64,000 nucleotides of DNA from positions 13,270,001-13,334,000 of the forward strand of contig NC_086118.1 in NCBI RefSeq assembly GCF_963921235.1. The letters are read 5' to 3'. The position numbers and the translations under genes are program-made. Below the pieces are notes generated by a model, which ran no database searches, was not told the DNA's origin, and was given only the letters and a program-made list of their open reading frames with translations. Positions 12,708 to 24,619 of this stretch are shown here, in pieces. How positions within the stretch are numbered: position 1 is the stretch's first letter; every line of letters starts with the position of its first letter. This DNA is from Mobula hypostoma. Its lineage: Eukaryota.

Positions 12708-14648
12708 ATGGCTAGGCAGCAGCTATCAGTGGAGGAGCGAAGGAGAAGAATCAGGGAATACCAAAAAAAGCGGAGAGAGAAATATATAGTGAGCCAGAGT
12801 TAAAGAAGGAATACCTGAGACAGGAAAAGCAAAGATCGAAGAAGAGAGTAGAGGATGGGAAGATAAACACTATCAGTGATTTGAATGAAAGGGAAAAGAG
12901 GAGTAAGAGAAAGGCATGGAAACGTAGACAGCAAGAGTCAAGAGGCGTAAGAGAAAGGGCCCAGAACGCCCAGAAACTCCCCCAGGTAGTCCATTGGATC
13001 AGTCTATATAGGAGCCAGCTCACAGTAGGCAGTCTATAGCAGGGGAAAGGGAAAGAAAGAAAACAAGAGCAAGATACTTGCGAGAGATGAAATCTTTGAA
13101 AAATAAACTTCAAGAGATAATAAAAGATAAGAACAAACTGAAAAAGCATTGACGACAAGAGCAAACTAGAAATAAAAAAACACAAGAATCACTGAGAGAA
13201 AAATTAGAGCAGGTGCTACAGGGAAGCAAACTCAAAAACCCCTCCATCAAGAAAACCCTGCTCTTCCACAACTGTCTCATTCAAGAATTTAATCAAAACA
13301 CACTTCCCACCCCACAGCAAGGGTTGACCGATGTTGAGTGGCAACAATCGGAACGAGTTCAGGACCAATCAGCAGATGGAATTCACTAGAATACAAGACT
13401 TGTGAAGCACAATGGCACACTAGCAGAGCTCATCAAACTGTATGAAGACAAACTAAAGGGTGAAACAACGACACATGTGAACTTGGTTCAGAACCAGTCC
13501 AGGGAATACAGGAGCATGATACAGAACTGCAATGAAAGCACTGTAATTGTGCATGTGGACTTTTCTGAGGCATGGAAATGCAAATATAGTTCTCATGTAC
13601 AGGCATGTCATTTTGGTCAGAACCTCCCACAGTTCAATCTTCACACTGGCATGTACTACACAAGAGAAGAGAAAACAGGATTTTATACAATATCAGAATC
13701 CAAGTGACAAGATGCTTCTGCCATTTGGACTCACATAGAACCAGTCTTCAGAGATATTCATTTAGGATTTCCAAAAGTTGATACCATTCAATTTTGGTCA
13801 GGTGGCCCCAGAAAGCAGTACAAAAACAAGAAGAACTTCTCTTTCCTCTGCAATGTCCCTCCGACACTGGGTTTCCAGAGAACAACCTGGAACTTCTTCG
13901 CCACTTCACATGGGAAGGGTGCTCTAGATGGCATTGGGGGAACTATGAGAAGGACTGCAGGCACTACGGGGGAATGACATTGTGGATGGCAAGATCTTCC
14001 ATGAGATGGTTGGGAGAAGCCTTTGCAGTACTCAGCTCTATCATATTGCTGAAGGTGACATGCAGACAAATGATGCACTCCTTTCTCAACCACTAAAATC
14101 TGCACCAGCAACGAGGAAAATCCATCAGGTCATACTTTACGGAAACAGCATCCACTGTAGAGCATTGTCATGTTCTGCAGTGAGCCGCAGATGTGCCAGT
14201 GTTTCAGACCAACAACATTTCAGTTGACTGAAAATACACATGCCAGGGTACAGGCTGAGGAGAATGATGGCCCTTCCACAATGGGAAAGAACGGAGGGCC
14301 TTTGGCAATGCTGATGGAGGAAATGGAGCAGGAACCCCAGAGTGGTCCTGACGGGACTACGACAGATATATCTGCTGGTGTCATTAATTGTGGAGATTGG
14401 CTTGCAGCCATTTATGACCAAAATTGTTGGTTAGCAAAGGCTGTCAATCTGGATGCTCATCATCAAGATGTTCAAGTGGAGTTTACCACCTTCATGGGTC
14501 CAACACGCTCTTCCATCCAAAACCAGATGGAAAGGATACGTGCTTCGTACCAGTTGAAGATATTCTGGTCAAAGTGGTGGAGCCATCATCACCGGGTCAT
14601 GCAAGCAGGACGAGGGAGATCTACCACCTGTCTGCTAAAGCTGACTGA
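12708..14648 (+). pseudogene. Disrupted Sola-like transposase
   Basis: N-terminal K/R/E-rich MARQQLSVEERRRRIREYQKK, then IVHVDFSEAWKCKYSSHVQACHF, a TGA at 13705, FWSGGPRKQYKNKKNF (D-to-G at the expected SDG) and WNFFATSHGKGALDGIGG. C-terminal GDWLAAIYD...DTCFVPVEDIL. Multiple stops and frameshifts. Confidence 0.8.
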
Positions 14649-15392
14649 ACGTTTTCAAAGATTTTCAAGCCCAGAAATGGATGGAATTTTTTTTTAGTTC
14701 CTGGTGTGATTTCTGATGTTTATGCTTAAACATTGCAGTTGTACTGTAGTTTTTATTTTGCTGTTTACCGTTGCTAATATTTACAGAAGGATAAAATGTA
14801 CATGACAAATTGTTATTTGTTGCACCAAATAGGTAAACAAAGTTGTTAAGCAAAGAAGCATTGACCTGAGTGGTGAAAAAGTTGGAATTGTTTGTTGTAA
14901 TTAGGCCACTGCCACCACCGTCAGGTCTCAGTCACCACCGTCAGATGGCACTTTCTTTGTTTTAATTTAATATGCTTACAATCTGTTCCTCCAAAGCGGT
15001 TGATTTATTAAAGTAATTGTCTCTTTAAAATTAAAAAAGTGCTTTTTATGTCCAAAATTGTTATTTTGTATATTTAATGCTAATGATAAAAGTTGCATGT
15101 TGTAAGAGTTTTTAAAGGAGTACACGTGAAATAGTATAAAAAATGAACAAAAGTGAATATTCAGCATTTAACAGTATATATGTGTATCTATGGTGTAAAC
15201 ACAACAATTTAAAAGCTCTAAATCTATATAAGACTAAATAAATAGGAATAATTAGCCTTTTATTGTGTCTGTGTTGACAAAAACTAAGTAATGACAGGAG
15301 AAACACATATTTTAGAAAAAAATTACAAAAAATCAGGAGGTTGCGCCGAGATATTGCTTGATTGCTGAGACCGTGTTCTATAAACACACAAA

Positions 15393-15609
15393 TGTAGCGA
15401 TGTGCTACACACAGAGCTAAAAATAACAACACGCAGTCTGTAAGTCGCACTCGAGACTCGTTTATTCAAACTTCGCGGCACTGGCTTTTAAGCAGTTCCC
15501 TTCCAGCCCTCCCCGGGCGGAAATGACGCCAGAGGTGCATTATAAAAGTTTCTCCCCGCGCGGGCTATTTTGTGAGCCGGTTCGCTTGTGTAGAAAGTGG
15601 GTCACCACA
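15393..15609 (-). mobile_element. Probable short solo LTR (217 bp)
   Basis: TG...CA termini (tgtagcg...caccaca). GC/CpG-rich island in the AT-rich Sola arm. Minus-strand AATAAA and a TATA-like TTAAAA. No clear TSD. Confidence 0.55.
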
Positions 15610-16069
15610 TAAGTTTAGATATCTTAACATTTAATTTTTTTTCTTTTCAAAATTAAAACCTGGTTTATCCAAATTCTCAAGAATCAGTGAAATGCATAAG
15701 GTGGATTAATCCCCTGGGGCCTGGTGTTATTGGAAGCGAAGCATAAAAGCTCAGACTTGGCAGATTTTAGTAACTTTGTTAGCCACAGGTGAGGTGCTGA
15801 AAAATAGGGGGGCAGCTAATGTTCTCCCTTTATTTAAGAAATAGCAGCAGATGTAACCAGGGAAATGTACATTGCTGAGCCTATTTTCAGTAATGAGAAA
15901 GTTATTGAAAAGGATTCTGAGAGACAAGATTTGAAAAGGAAAGGACAGATTGGGATCAGTCAACGTGGTTTTGTTCTTGAAAATCATATTTCACAAACTT
16001 GACTAATATTGTTTTTTACTTGAAGAGCCGACCAAAGGATTGATGAGGACAGGGCAATAGAAAGACGTT

Positions 16070-16445
16070 CAGACCATGAGATACAGGAGCAGAATTAAGC
16101 CATCAGCTCATTGAATCTGCTCCACCATTGCAATCTGGCTGACTTATTATCCCCCTCAACCTCATTCTCCTGCTTTTTTCACATAAGTTTTGACATCCTT
16201 AGTAATCAGGAACCTATTAACCTCCACTTTAAATATACCCAATGACTTGGCCTCCCAGCCATCTGTGGCAATGAATTCCACAGACTCACCACCTCTCACT
16301 AAAGATATTCCCCCTCATCTCTCCTCTAAAGGGACAGCCTTGTATTCTGAGGCTGTGCCCTCTAGTCCTAGACTCCCCCACTACAAGAAACATCCTCTGC
16401 ACATCACTCCTTTCAATATTTGATACATTTGAATGAGATTCTTCC
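16070..16445 (-). mobile_element. CR1 3' fragment
   Basis: Reverse of the CR1 3' end (ggagcagaattaagcc..., ctgtggcaatgaattccacagact). Confidence 0.8.
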
Positions 16446-17111
16446 CCTTATATATCGCATAGATGGACTTGCACAACTTTGATAACATGGTAAGCTAGTC
16501 TGAAAGGCTGGATCACAGGGCATACAGGGTGAGCTTGCCTGTTAAATATTCAATTGGCAAGGTGGTAGAAATCAGAGATGGTAGTGGACAATAGTTTTCC
16601 ATGCTGGAGGCCTGTAACCAGTAGAGTGCCACTAGGGTCAGTGCTGTGCCCTTGTTGTTTTCTATATATAAAACACATGAATGTATTGAGTGTCCAGGAA
16701 GGGATAGCACCTCAGCTGTGAGAGCAGACACACCCCCAGTACACCATTTCAACAGGCAGGCTGAACCAGCTGAGGGTAGCTAGCATCATCACATGCCAGT
16801 GAGATAAATACATACCTGTCCTAGCATGTGACGTCAGCTCTGGCAGACTGGGTGGATGAGATCTGCAGTGAGGTCCAATGGCTGGAAAGGTGATACTACA
16901 ATACCCCGTGGAGAGTGAAGTGCATATCGTGGCACAGAAGAGGTCATGGTCATCCACTGCAACCAAGGAAGACCACAGTTTGTGATGCTTGTTCATACCA
17001 CTAGACTTGGGCTTCTGAGGTCAAGAGAGAGCAAATGACCCAACGCAACAGCTTTTCCACTTTAAAAGCTCTCCTGCACAGGTGTCCTGTGTCATTGTTG
17101 GACATGATGGA

Positions 17112-17713
17112 CAAAAAGGAGGAGGGAGGAGAAGATGGCGGCGCGACGAATGATATCGTATATGTAACTAGGGGCTGTGCACAATCCGGATTTGATGGAC
17201 ACAGCCGTGAGAAGCACAGAGGAACATCTGGAGCAACTTCTGAAATGCCTGTTTCGATGCCACTGCTACTGTGCGATCGAGAATCTCCGGAGACGAAGGC
17301 CCCAAATCCTCGGCTCTGTGTATCGCCTGTTGCCGGGGCCGGGGTCGAAGCGCTCGGCAGAGACGGTGCTCGGTGCTTGGTGTCGAAGAGGTGGTCGGAG
17401 GCTCGGAGTCGGACTGTGGTCGGATGCTTCCAGGATGTTGCACCGGCAAATTGGCGGCGCTGAGATGGTGGGACTTTCGAGAGACTTTGAGACTTTTACT
17501 GTGCCATGGTCTGTACTTATCAAATTACGGTATTGCTTTGCACTGTTGTAACTATATGTTATAATTATGTGGTTTTTGTTAGTTTTAAGTGGGTTTGTCA
17601 TGTGTTTTTCATGATAATCATTCTGGAAAAACATTTTATCATTTCTTAATGCATGCATTACTAAATGACAATAAAAGGGGACTGCGTGTCCTCATAAGCA
17701 TAATCATAATCAT
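17112..17713 (+). mobile_element. Non-autonomous retroposon (LINE-5'UTR-like head, tandem-repeat tail)
   Basis: CpG-rich head starting AAGATGGCGGC, AT-rich 3' part, AATAAA, then an (ATCATA)n tail. No coding capacity. Confidence 0.6.
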
Positions 17714-19079
17714 AACCACCATTTACATCACAAACAAGTCATCCATATTAATGATCGGATGTAACTGTAGTTAAAGCATTTACAGTTAATATAGTTAATT
17801 GGTGGTATATGGAAAATAAAGAAGGTTTTCTAAGATTACAGCTGCATTAGATCAACTGGGAAAGTGGGCAAAGGAGTAGCAGATGGAATTAATTCAGACA
17901 CGAGATAGGTTATGCATTTTGTGAAGTTATACCAGGGCAGGTCATACATAGTGAACAGTAGGGCGTTTGCGTTCAGGGGTATAATTACTTATCTCCCTGA
18001 AAGTAGCAAGATAGATTGACAGGGTAACAAAAAGGGTTATGGCATACTTGCCTTCATTAGCCAAGATAGTGAGTGTCAGAGATGGGGCAGCATGTTACAG
18101 TCATACAATATGGAAGAATATTAGGTGCAATCCAGATCATAACACCACAGGAAAAATGTGATTAAGCCTGAGGAAATGCAGAAAATATTCATAAGGATGT
18201 TGCTGGACTGGAGAGATTGAGTTTTAAGGAGAGATGTGATAGGGTGTGACTTGATTAGTTTCTGAAGTTACAAATTATAACGGTATAACTACATCTAATG
18301 ACCATAAGTGAATGAAGTAAGATGCACACGGAATTTATGATGAGCAGGGGACTTACTGCAGCAGATTGTCACCAAATGAGCTATCCTGTCATCTCTTTAG
18401 AGTTGACCAGACCTGTAAAGAAAAGCAAAAGGCTTGTTGGATTGTCCATGATTGTGTGAAGCATCATGTAGCCCCTAACCTGGATTACTCTGCAGGATTA
18501 GCCCTTTCTTACTATTTGACCATCACCAGATGCAAAAGATACATGACCAGCTGAATGGTTATAGAGTCATGGAGTCATATAGCACAGGAAGAGTCCCTTT
18601 GCTCACCATGCCTATGTTGGTAATTGCACTTATTTGAGAATCATATTTTCTAGCACTAAGTCCATAAACTTCAATGCTTTGGTGATTTTAATACTTGTCT
18701 GGATATTTCTTTGATGCTGTGAGAGTATCTGCCCAAACCAATTTGGGAGCTCCAGGTCATGGGGTTGGAAGAGACAAGAGTGACAAGAGACAAAAGAGCA
18801 GGTTTGTTTCATGCTCCTGATTCACTCTCTAACTCCAGCCGTTAGACTGGGGTGGAAACCTGACAAAAGGCTTTATGTGGCTCCCAAAGAGAACAGAAAG
18901 CTTTCCAAAACCCAGACACAAACTGTGGTCCTTAATCTGACACTGTTTCTTGAGGGAAGCTGTGCAGCCTGTATATGTGCTGAGTCATGAGGGTAGCAGT
19001 GTCACAAACCAGTGGCAGCTTAGGGAGAGCAATGAAGTGGTTAACTTTAACTCGTCCACAACTACCAGAATAATAGAGT

Positions 19080-22000
19080 ATACCGCTCCCATTCATGTAC
19101 CTATCCAAACTTCACATAAACATTGAAATTCAAATTGCATCCACCATTGTGCTGGCAGCTCGTTCCACATTCTGACCATCCTCTGAGTGAAGAAGTTTCC
19201 CCTCATGCTCCCCTTTAACATTTCACCTTTCACCCTCATAACCTCTAGTTCAAGTCTTACCAACCTCAGTGGAAAAAACCTGCTTGCATTTAGCTCTTTT
19301 ATACCCCTCAGAATTTTGTATACCCCTATCAAATCTACCTTCAATCTTCTATGTTCTAAGGAATCATGTTCTTACCTATTCAATCTTTCCTTATAAATCA
19401 GGACCTCTAATCGAGGCAACATCCTTGCAAATTTTCTCTCTACTCTACATAGCATTCCAAGTCCTATACTCAACTCTTTGATTTATGAAGGCCAATATGC
19501 CAAAAGCTTTCTTTATGACCCGATCTACCAATGGCACCACTTTCAGTGAATTATGGACCTGTATTCCCAGATCCCTTTGTCCTACAGCACTCCTCAGTGC
19601 CCTATCACTCACTGTGTAAGACCTATTCTGGTTGGTCTTCCCAAAGTACAACACTTCACACTTGTCTGCATTAAGTTCCATCTGCCATTTTTCTAGCCCA
19701 TTTTTACAGCTGGTCTAGATCCCGCTGTAAACATTGCTAGTCTTCCTCGCTGTCCACTTCTCCTCCAATCTTGCTGTCAACCGCAAACTTGCTGAATAAG
19801 TTAACTGCATTAACATCCAGATCATTGGTGTAGATGACAAGCAAAGGAGTCAGTACTGATCTCTGCTCACTCCACTAGTCACAGACCCCCATTCAGAGTG
19901 ACAACCGTTTATCACCTGCAAAGCCAATGTCCAATCCAATCCACTATGTCATCTTGAATGCCAAGCGACTGAACCTTCTTGACCAGACTCCCATGAAGAA
20001 CCTTGTCAAACGCCTTGCTGAAGTCCACGTAGACAACATTTACTCCCTTGCCTTCATCTATTTTCCTGGTAACTTCCTTGAAAAACTGTAAGATTGGTTA
20101 GACATGATCTACCGCACACAAAGCCATGCTGACCAGCCCATGTCTATCCAAATACACATATATCCAGTCCCTTAGAATACCACCCAATAACTTTACCACT
20201 ACTGATGTCAGGCTTAGCAGCCTATACTTTCCTGGTTTATTCTAGAGCCTTTCTTAAACAATGGAACAATCCTCCGGTACCTCACCTGTCACTGAGGATG
20301 ATTTAAATATCTCTGCTGGGGACCCTTCAATTTCTGCACTTGCCTCCCACAGGCTCCGACAGAGCACCTTTTCAGACCCTCGAGATTTGTACACCCTAAT
20401 TTGAAAGGCAGCAAAAACATCCTCTTCTGAAATCTGTATTGGGTTCATAATCTCACTGCTGCTGTACCTTACCTCTACAGACTCTGAGGCCGTCTCCTGA
20501 ATAAATACAGATGTAAAAAATCCATTTAAGTTCTCCTCATCTCCTTCGGTTCCATGCATAAATTACCATTCTGATCTTCCAGAGGACCAATTTTGTCCCT
20601 TGCAATCATTTTGCTTTTAACAAATATGTGGAAGCTCTTCAGATTCACCCTCTTATGGTCTGCCAGAGCAACCTCATGCCTTGTTTTAGCCCTTCTAATT
20701 ACTTTCTTAACTGTTCTCTTTCATTTCTTATACTCCTTAAGCACCTCATTTACTTTTGCCTGATATGTACCTCATTTTTTATCTGAACAGCTGCTTCAAT
20801 ATCTTTCAAAAACCAAGGTTCCCTAAATCTGTCATCCTTCCCTTTTATTCTGACAGGCACATAGAAGCTTTGTACTTTCAAAATTTCACTTTTGAAGACC
20901 TCCCACTTCGCAAGTACATCTTTGCCAGAAAACAGCCTGTCCCAATCCACACTTGCCAGTTCTTTTCTAATACCATCAAGATTTGACTTTCTCCAATTTG
21001 GAATCTCAATCCGAGTACCAGTCCTATCCTTTACCAAGGTTACCTTGAAACTAATAGCATTATGATCACCAAATGCAAAGTGTTCCCCTACACAAACTTT
21101 TGTTACCTGCCCTGTCTCATTCCTTATTAGGGCATCTAGTAATACACTCTCTCATTGGGACTTCTATGAACGGACTATGGAAATTTCCCTGGACACATTT
21201 GGCAACCTCTATCCTATTTAGTTCTTTTACAATATGGGAGACACAGTCAATATTTGGAAAGTTAAGATCACCTATTATCATAGCGCTATGTTTCTTGCAA
21301 CAGTCTGTGATCTCTCTACAAACTTGTTCCTCCAAATCCCTTGGACTTTTGGGTGATCTATAATATAGCCCCATTAATGTGGTCATACACTTCTTATTCC
21401 TCAGTTTCACCCATAAAGCCTCACTTGATGAGTTCTCCAGTTTGACCTTACTGAGCACTGCTGTGACATTTTCCCTTACTAGTAATGCCTCCACCCCATC
21501 TTTAACCCCTCCCGCTCTATCATGCCTAAAACAATGGAAACCTGGAATACTGAGCTGCTAATCCTGCCCCTCCTGTAACCAAGTCTACAATATCATGTGT
21601 TGATCCATGCCCTAAGCTCATCTGCTTTTTCTGCAATATTCCTTGCATTGAAATATCTGCAGCTCAGAACATTAGACCAACCATGCTCAACCTTTTGATT
21701 CCTAACCTTGTCTGAGGTCTTAACAACGACTGTCTCCACAACCACTCCACTATCTGCTCTGGCACTTTGGTTCCCATCCACTTGCAACCCTAGTTTAAAC
21801 ACCCTTGTGTAGTACTAGCAAACTTTCCTGCTAGGTTATTAGTCCCCTCCACTTTAGGTGCAAACCGTCTCTTCTGCATAGGTCCCATCTTCCCTGGAGG
21901 ACAGCTTAATGATCTAAAGATCTAAATTCTTCCTTCCTGCACTAACTCCTTAGCCGTATGTTAAACTGTATGATCTTTCTATTTCTGGCCTCACTAGCAC

Positions 22001-24600
22001 ATGGGACAGGTAGCAATCCTGAGATCACAATCCTGGAAGTCCTATCCTTTAACTTAGCACCCAACTCCCTAAACTCACTTTGCAGAACCTCATCACTCTT
22101 CATATCTATGTAACTATTTAGGCCACGACCACTGGCTACTCAGCTTCCCAATAAGGGATGCTGAGGACTACAACCAAGATGTCCCGGACCATGGCACCAA
22201 GAGGAAACATAGCATCTGAGAACCTCATTCTCATCCTCAGAAACACCTTTCTATTCCACTAACTAATGAACCCCACAAGACATAGGAGCACAATTAGGCC
22301 ATTTGGCCCATTGAGTGTGCTCCGCCATTCAATCATGTCTGATCCTTTTTATTTCTCCTCCTCAACCCCATTTCCCGGCCTCCTCCCCATAACCTTTGAT
22401 GCCATGTCCAATCAAGAACCTATCAATCTCTGCCTTAAATATTCCCAGCGACCTGGCCTCCACAGTAGCATGCTGCAACAAATTCCATAATTTCACCACC
22501 TCTAGCTAAAGAAATTTCTCTGCACCTCTGTTTCCTTTTGTCCTAGACTCACCCACCACGGGAAAAATCTTTTCACATCTACTGTGTCTTGGTCTTTCAA
22601 CATTCAAAATGTTACAATGAGATCCCCCCTCATCCTTCTAAATTCCAATGAGTACAGACCCAAAGCCATCAAATGTTCCTCATATGTTAACTCTTTCATT
22701 GCTGGAATCATCCTTGTGAACTTCATCTTGACCCTCTTCAATGCTAGCACATCTTTTCCAAGATGAAGAGCCCAAAATTGTTCACAATACTCGAGGTAAG
22801 GCCTCACCAGTGCCTTATAAAGCCTCAGCATCACATCCCTGCTCTTGTATTCCAGACCTCTCGAAATGAATGCTAAAATTGCATTTGTCTTCCTCACTAT
22901 CGACTCAACCTGTGAGTTAATCTTTACTCCCAAGTCCCTTTGCACCTCAGAACTTTGGATTTTCTCCCTGTTTAGAAAATAGTCCATACTATTCTTTCTA
23001 CTACCGAAGTTCATGATCATGCATTCTCCAACATTATATTTCGTTTGCCACTTTCTTGCCCATTTTCCTAATCTATCGAAGTCCTTTTGCATTCTATTTG
23101 TTTCCCCAGCACTACCTGCCCCTCCACCAATCTTCGTATCATCTGCAAACTTGGCAACAAAGCCATCTATTTTATCGTCAAAATCATATATATGCAGCAT
23201 AAAAAGAACTGGTCCCGACGCTGATCCCTGCGGAACACCACTAGTCACTGGCAGCCAACCAGACGAGGATCCTTTTATTCCCACTCGCTGCCTCCTACTG
23301 ATCAGCCAATGCTCTAACCCTGTTAGTAACTTTCTTGTAATACCTTGGGCTTTAATTTGGTAAGCAGCCTTATGTGTGGCACCTTGTAAAAGGCTTTCTG
23401 AAAATTCAAATATACAACATCCACTGCACCCTCTTTGTCTATCCTACTTGTAATCTCCTCAAAGAGTCCAACAGGTTCATCAGGCAGGATTTTCCATTAA
23501 GCAAACCATGCTGACTTTGTACTATCTCATCCTGTGTCACCAAGTGCTCCATCACCTCATCCTTAGCAATTGACTCTAACATCTTACCAACCACTGCGGT
23601 CAGGCTAACTGGTCTATAATTTCCTTTCTGTTGCCCTCCTTCTTTCTTAAAGACTGGAGTGACATTTGCAATTTTCCAGTCCTCGGCACCATGCCAGAGT
23701 CCAATGATTTTTGAAAGATCATTTCTAATGCCACCACAGTCTCTAATGCTACATCTTTCAGAACCCTAGGGTGCAGTTCCTCTGGTCTGGCAGCTTTTTG
23801 AGCACCTTCTCCCTTGTAACGGCAACTGCACTTACTTCTTTTCCTTCACACACTACAACATCTGGCATACTGCTTGTGTCTTCCACAATGAAGACTGATG
23901 CAAAATACTCATTTAGTTCATCTGACATCTCCTTCTCCCCCATTATTATTTCTCCAGCCTCATTTTTCTAGCGGTCCTATATCCACTGTCATCTCTCTTT
24001 TAGTTTTTACATATTTGAAAAGGCTTCTACTATCCACTTTGATATTATTTGCTAGCTTGCTTTCATATTTCATCTTTTCCCTTCTAATGATTCTTTTAGT
24101 TGCTCTCTGTAGGTTTTTAACAACTTCCCAATCCTTTATCTTTGCACTAAATTTTGCTGTGTTGTGTGCCCTCTCTTTTGTTTTTACATTAGATTTGACT
24201 TCCCTGTAGCCACGGTTGTACTATTTTGTCATTTGAGTAATTCTTCATTTTTAGAATACACATGTCCTGCACCTTCCTCAGTTTTCCCAGAAACACACTC
24301 CATTGCTGCTCTGCTGACATCGCTGCCAGCAGCTCCTTACAATTTACTTTGGCCAACTCCTCTCTCATATCACTGTAATTTCCCTTACTCCACTGAAATA
24401 CTGCTACATCAAACTTCAAGTTAAACTCAATCATATTGTGATCACTATATTGTGAATCCTCTATCATTTGCCTCTTCTCCCCTCTTCCCTTCTAAGCCAC
24501 AGAGCCAGACTCAGTGCTATGGACTTCCTGGGGCATAGAAGGCCATCAAAATCAGCTCCATGATGGCAAACCAGTTGGGAAGAGTGGCCACTGGGGCACA
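19080..24600 (-). mobile_element. Old near-full-length CR1 LINE (ORF1 and ORF2), interrupted by a younger CR1 at 22275-24453
   Basis: ORF1 GAMVRD and RDGLHL. APE motifs YFNARNI, GLYYRSP, IIGDLNFP. RT and C-terminal MELNADKCEVLYFG, GDL-like and FFTQR. ORF1 resumes after 24454. Confidence 0.88.
22275..24453 (-). mobile_element. 5'-truncated CR1 LINE
   Basis: 226-aa RT ORF 22604-23284 ([30 protein letters not shown]), SDHNMIEF at the 5' junction, and a CR1 3' end at 22275. Confidence 0.93.
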
Positions 24601-24619
24601 CAGTTGCAGGAGCAAACAG

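Larger units (their letters stand above)
8260..15689 (+). mobile_element. Sola-superfamily-like DNA transposon with both ends, containing nested insertions
   Basis: Imperfect 32-bp TIRs at 8260-8291 and 15658-15689 (25/32 match, 14-bp exact core ACTGATTCTTGAGA). 4-bp TSD AAAT at 8256-8259 and 15690-15693. Internal DDD-type transposase remnant. The superfamily assignment rests on recalled motifs plus the 4-bp TSD. Confidence 0.8.
8190..18250 (+). mobile_element. Old fragmented CR1 LINE that hosts the Sola element (pieces ~8190-8259, 15690-16060, 16460-16680, 17790-18250)
   Basis: Removing 8260-15689 and one TSD copy rejoins gaggtcctgaaat|gcataaggtggattaatcccctggg, the degenerate EVLKCIKVDKSPG motif of CR1 ORF2. 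Downstream pieces include ANVLPLFKK and VPLGSVLCPLLF. Confidence 0.75.

Noticed and set aside
8260..15689. CACTA/EnSpm assignment from the CAGTG end
   Set aside because: The TSD is 4 bp rather than 2-3 bp, and the transposase motifs do not resemble EnSpm as I recall them.
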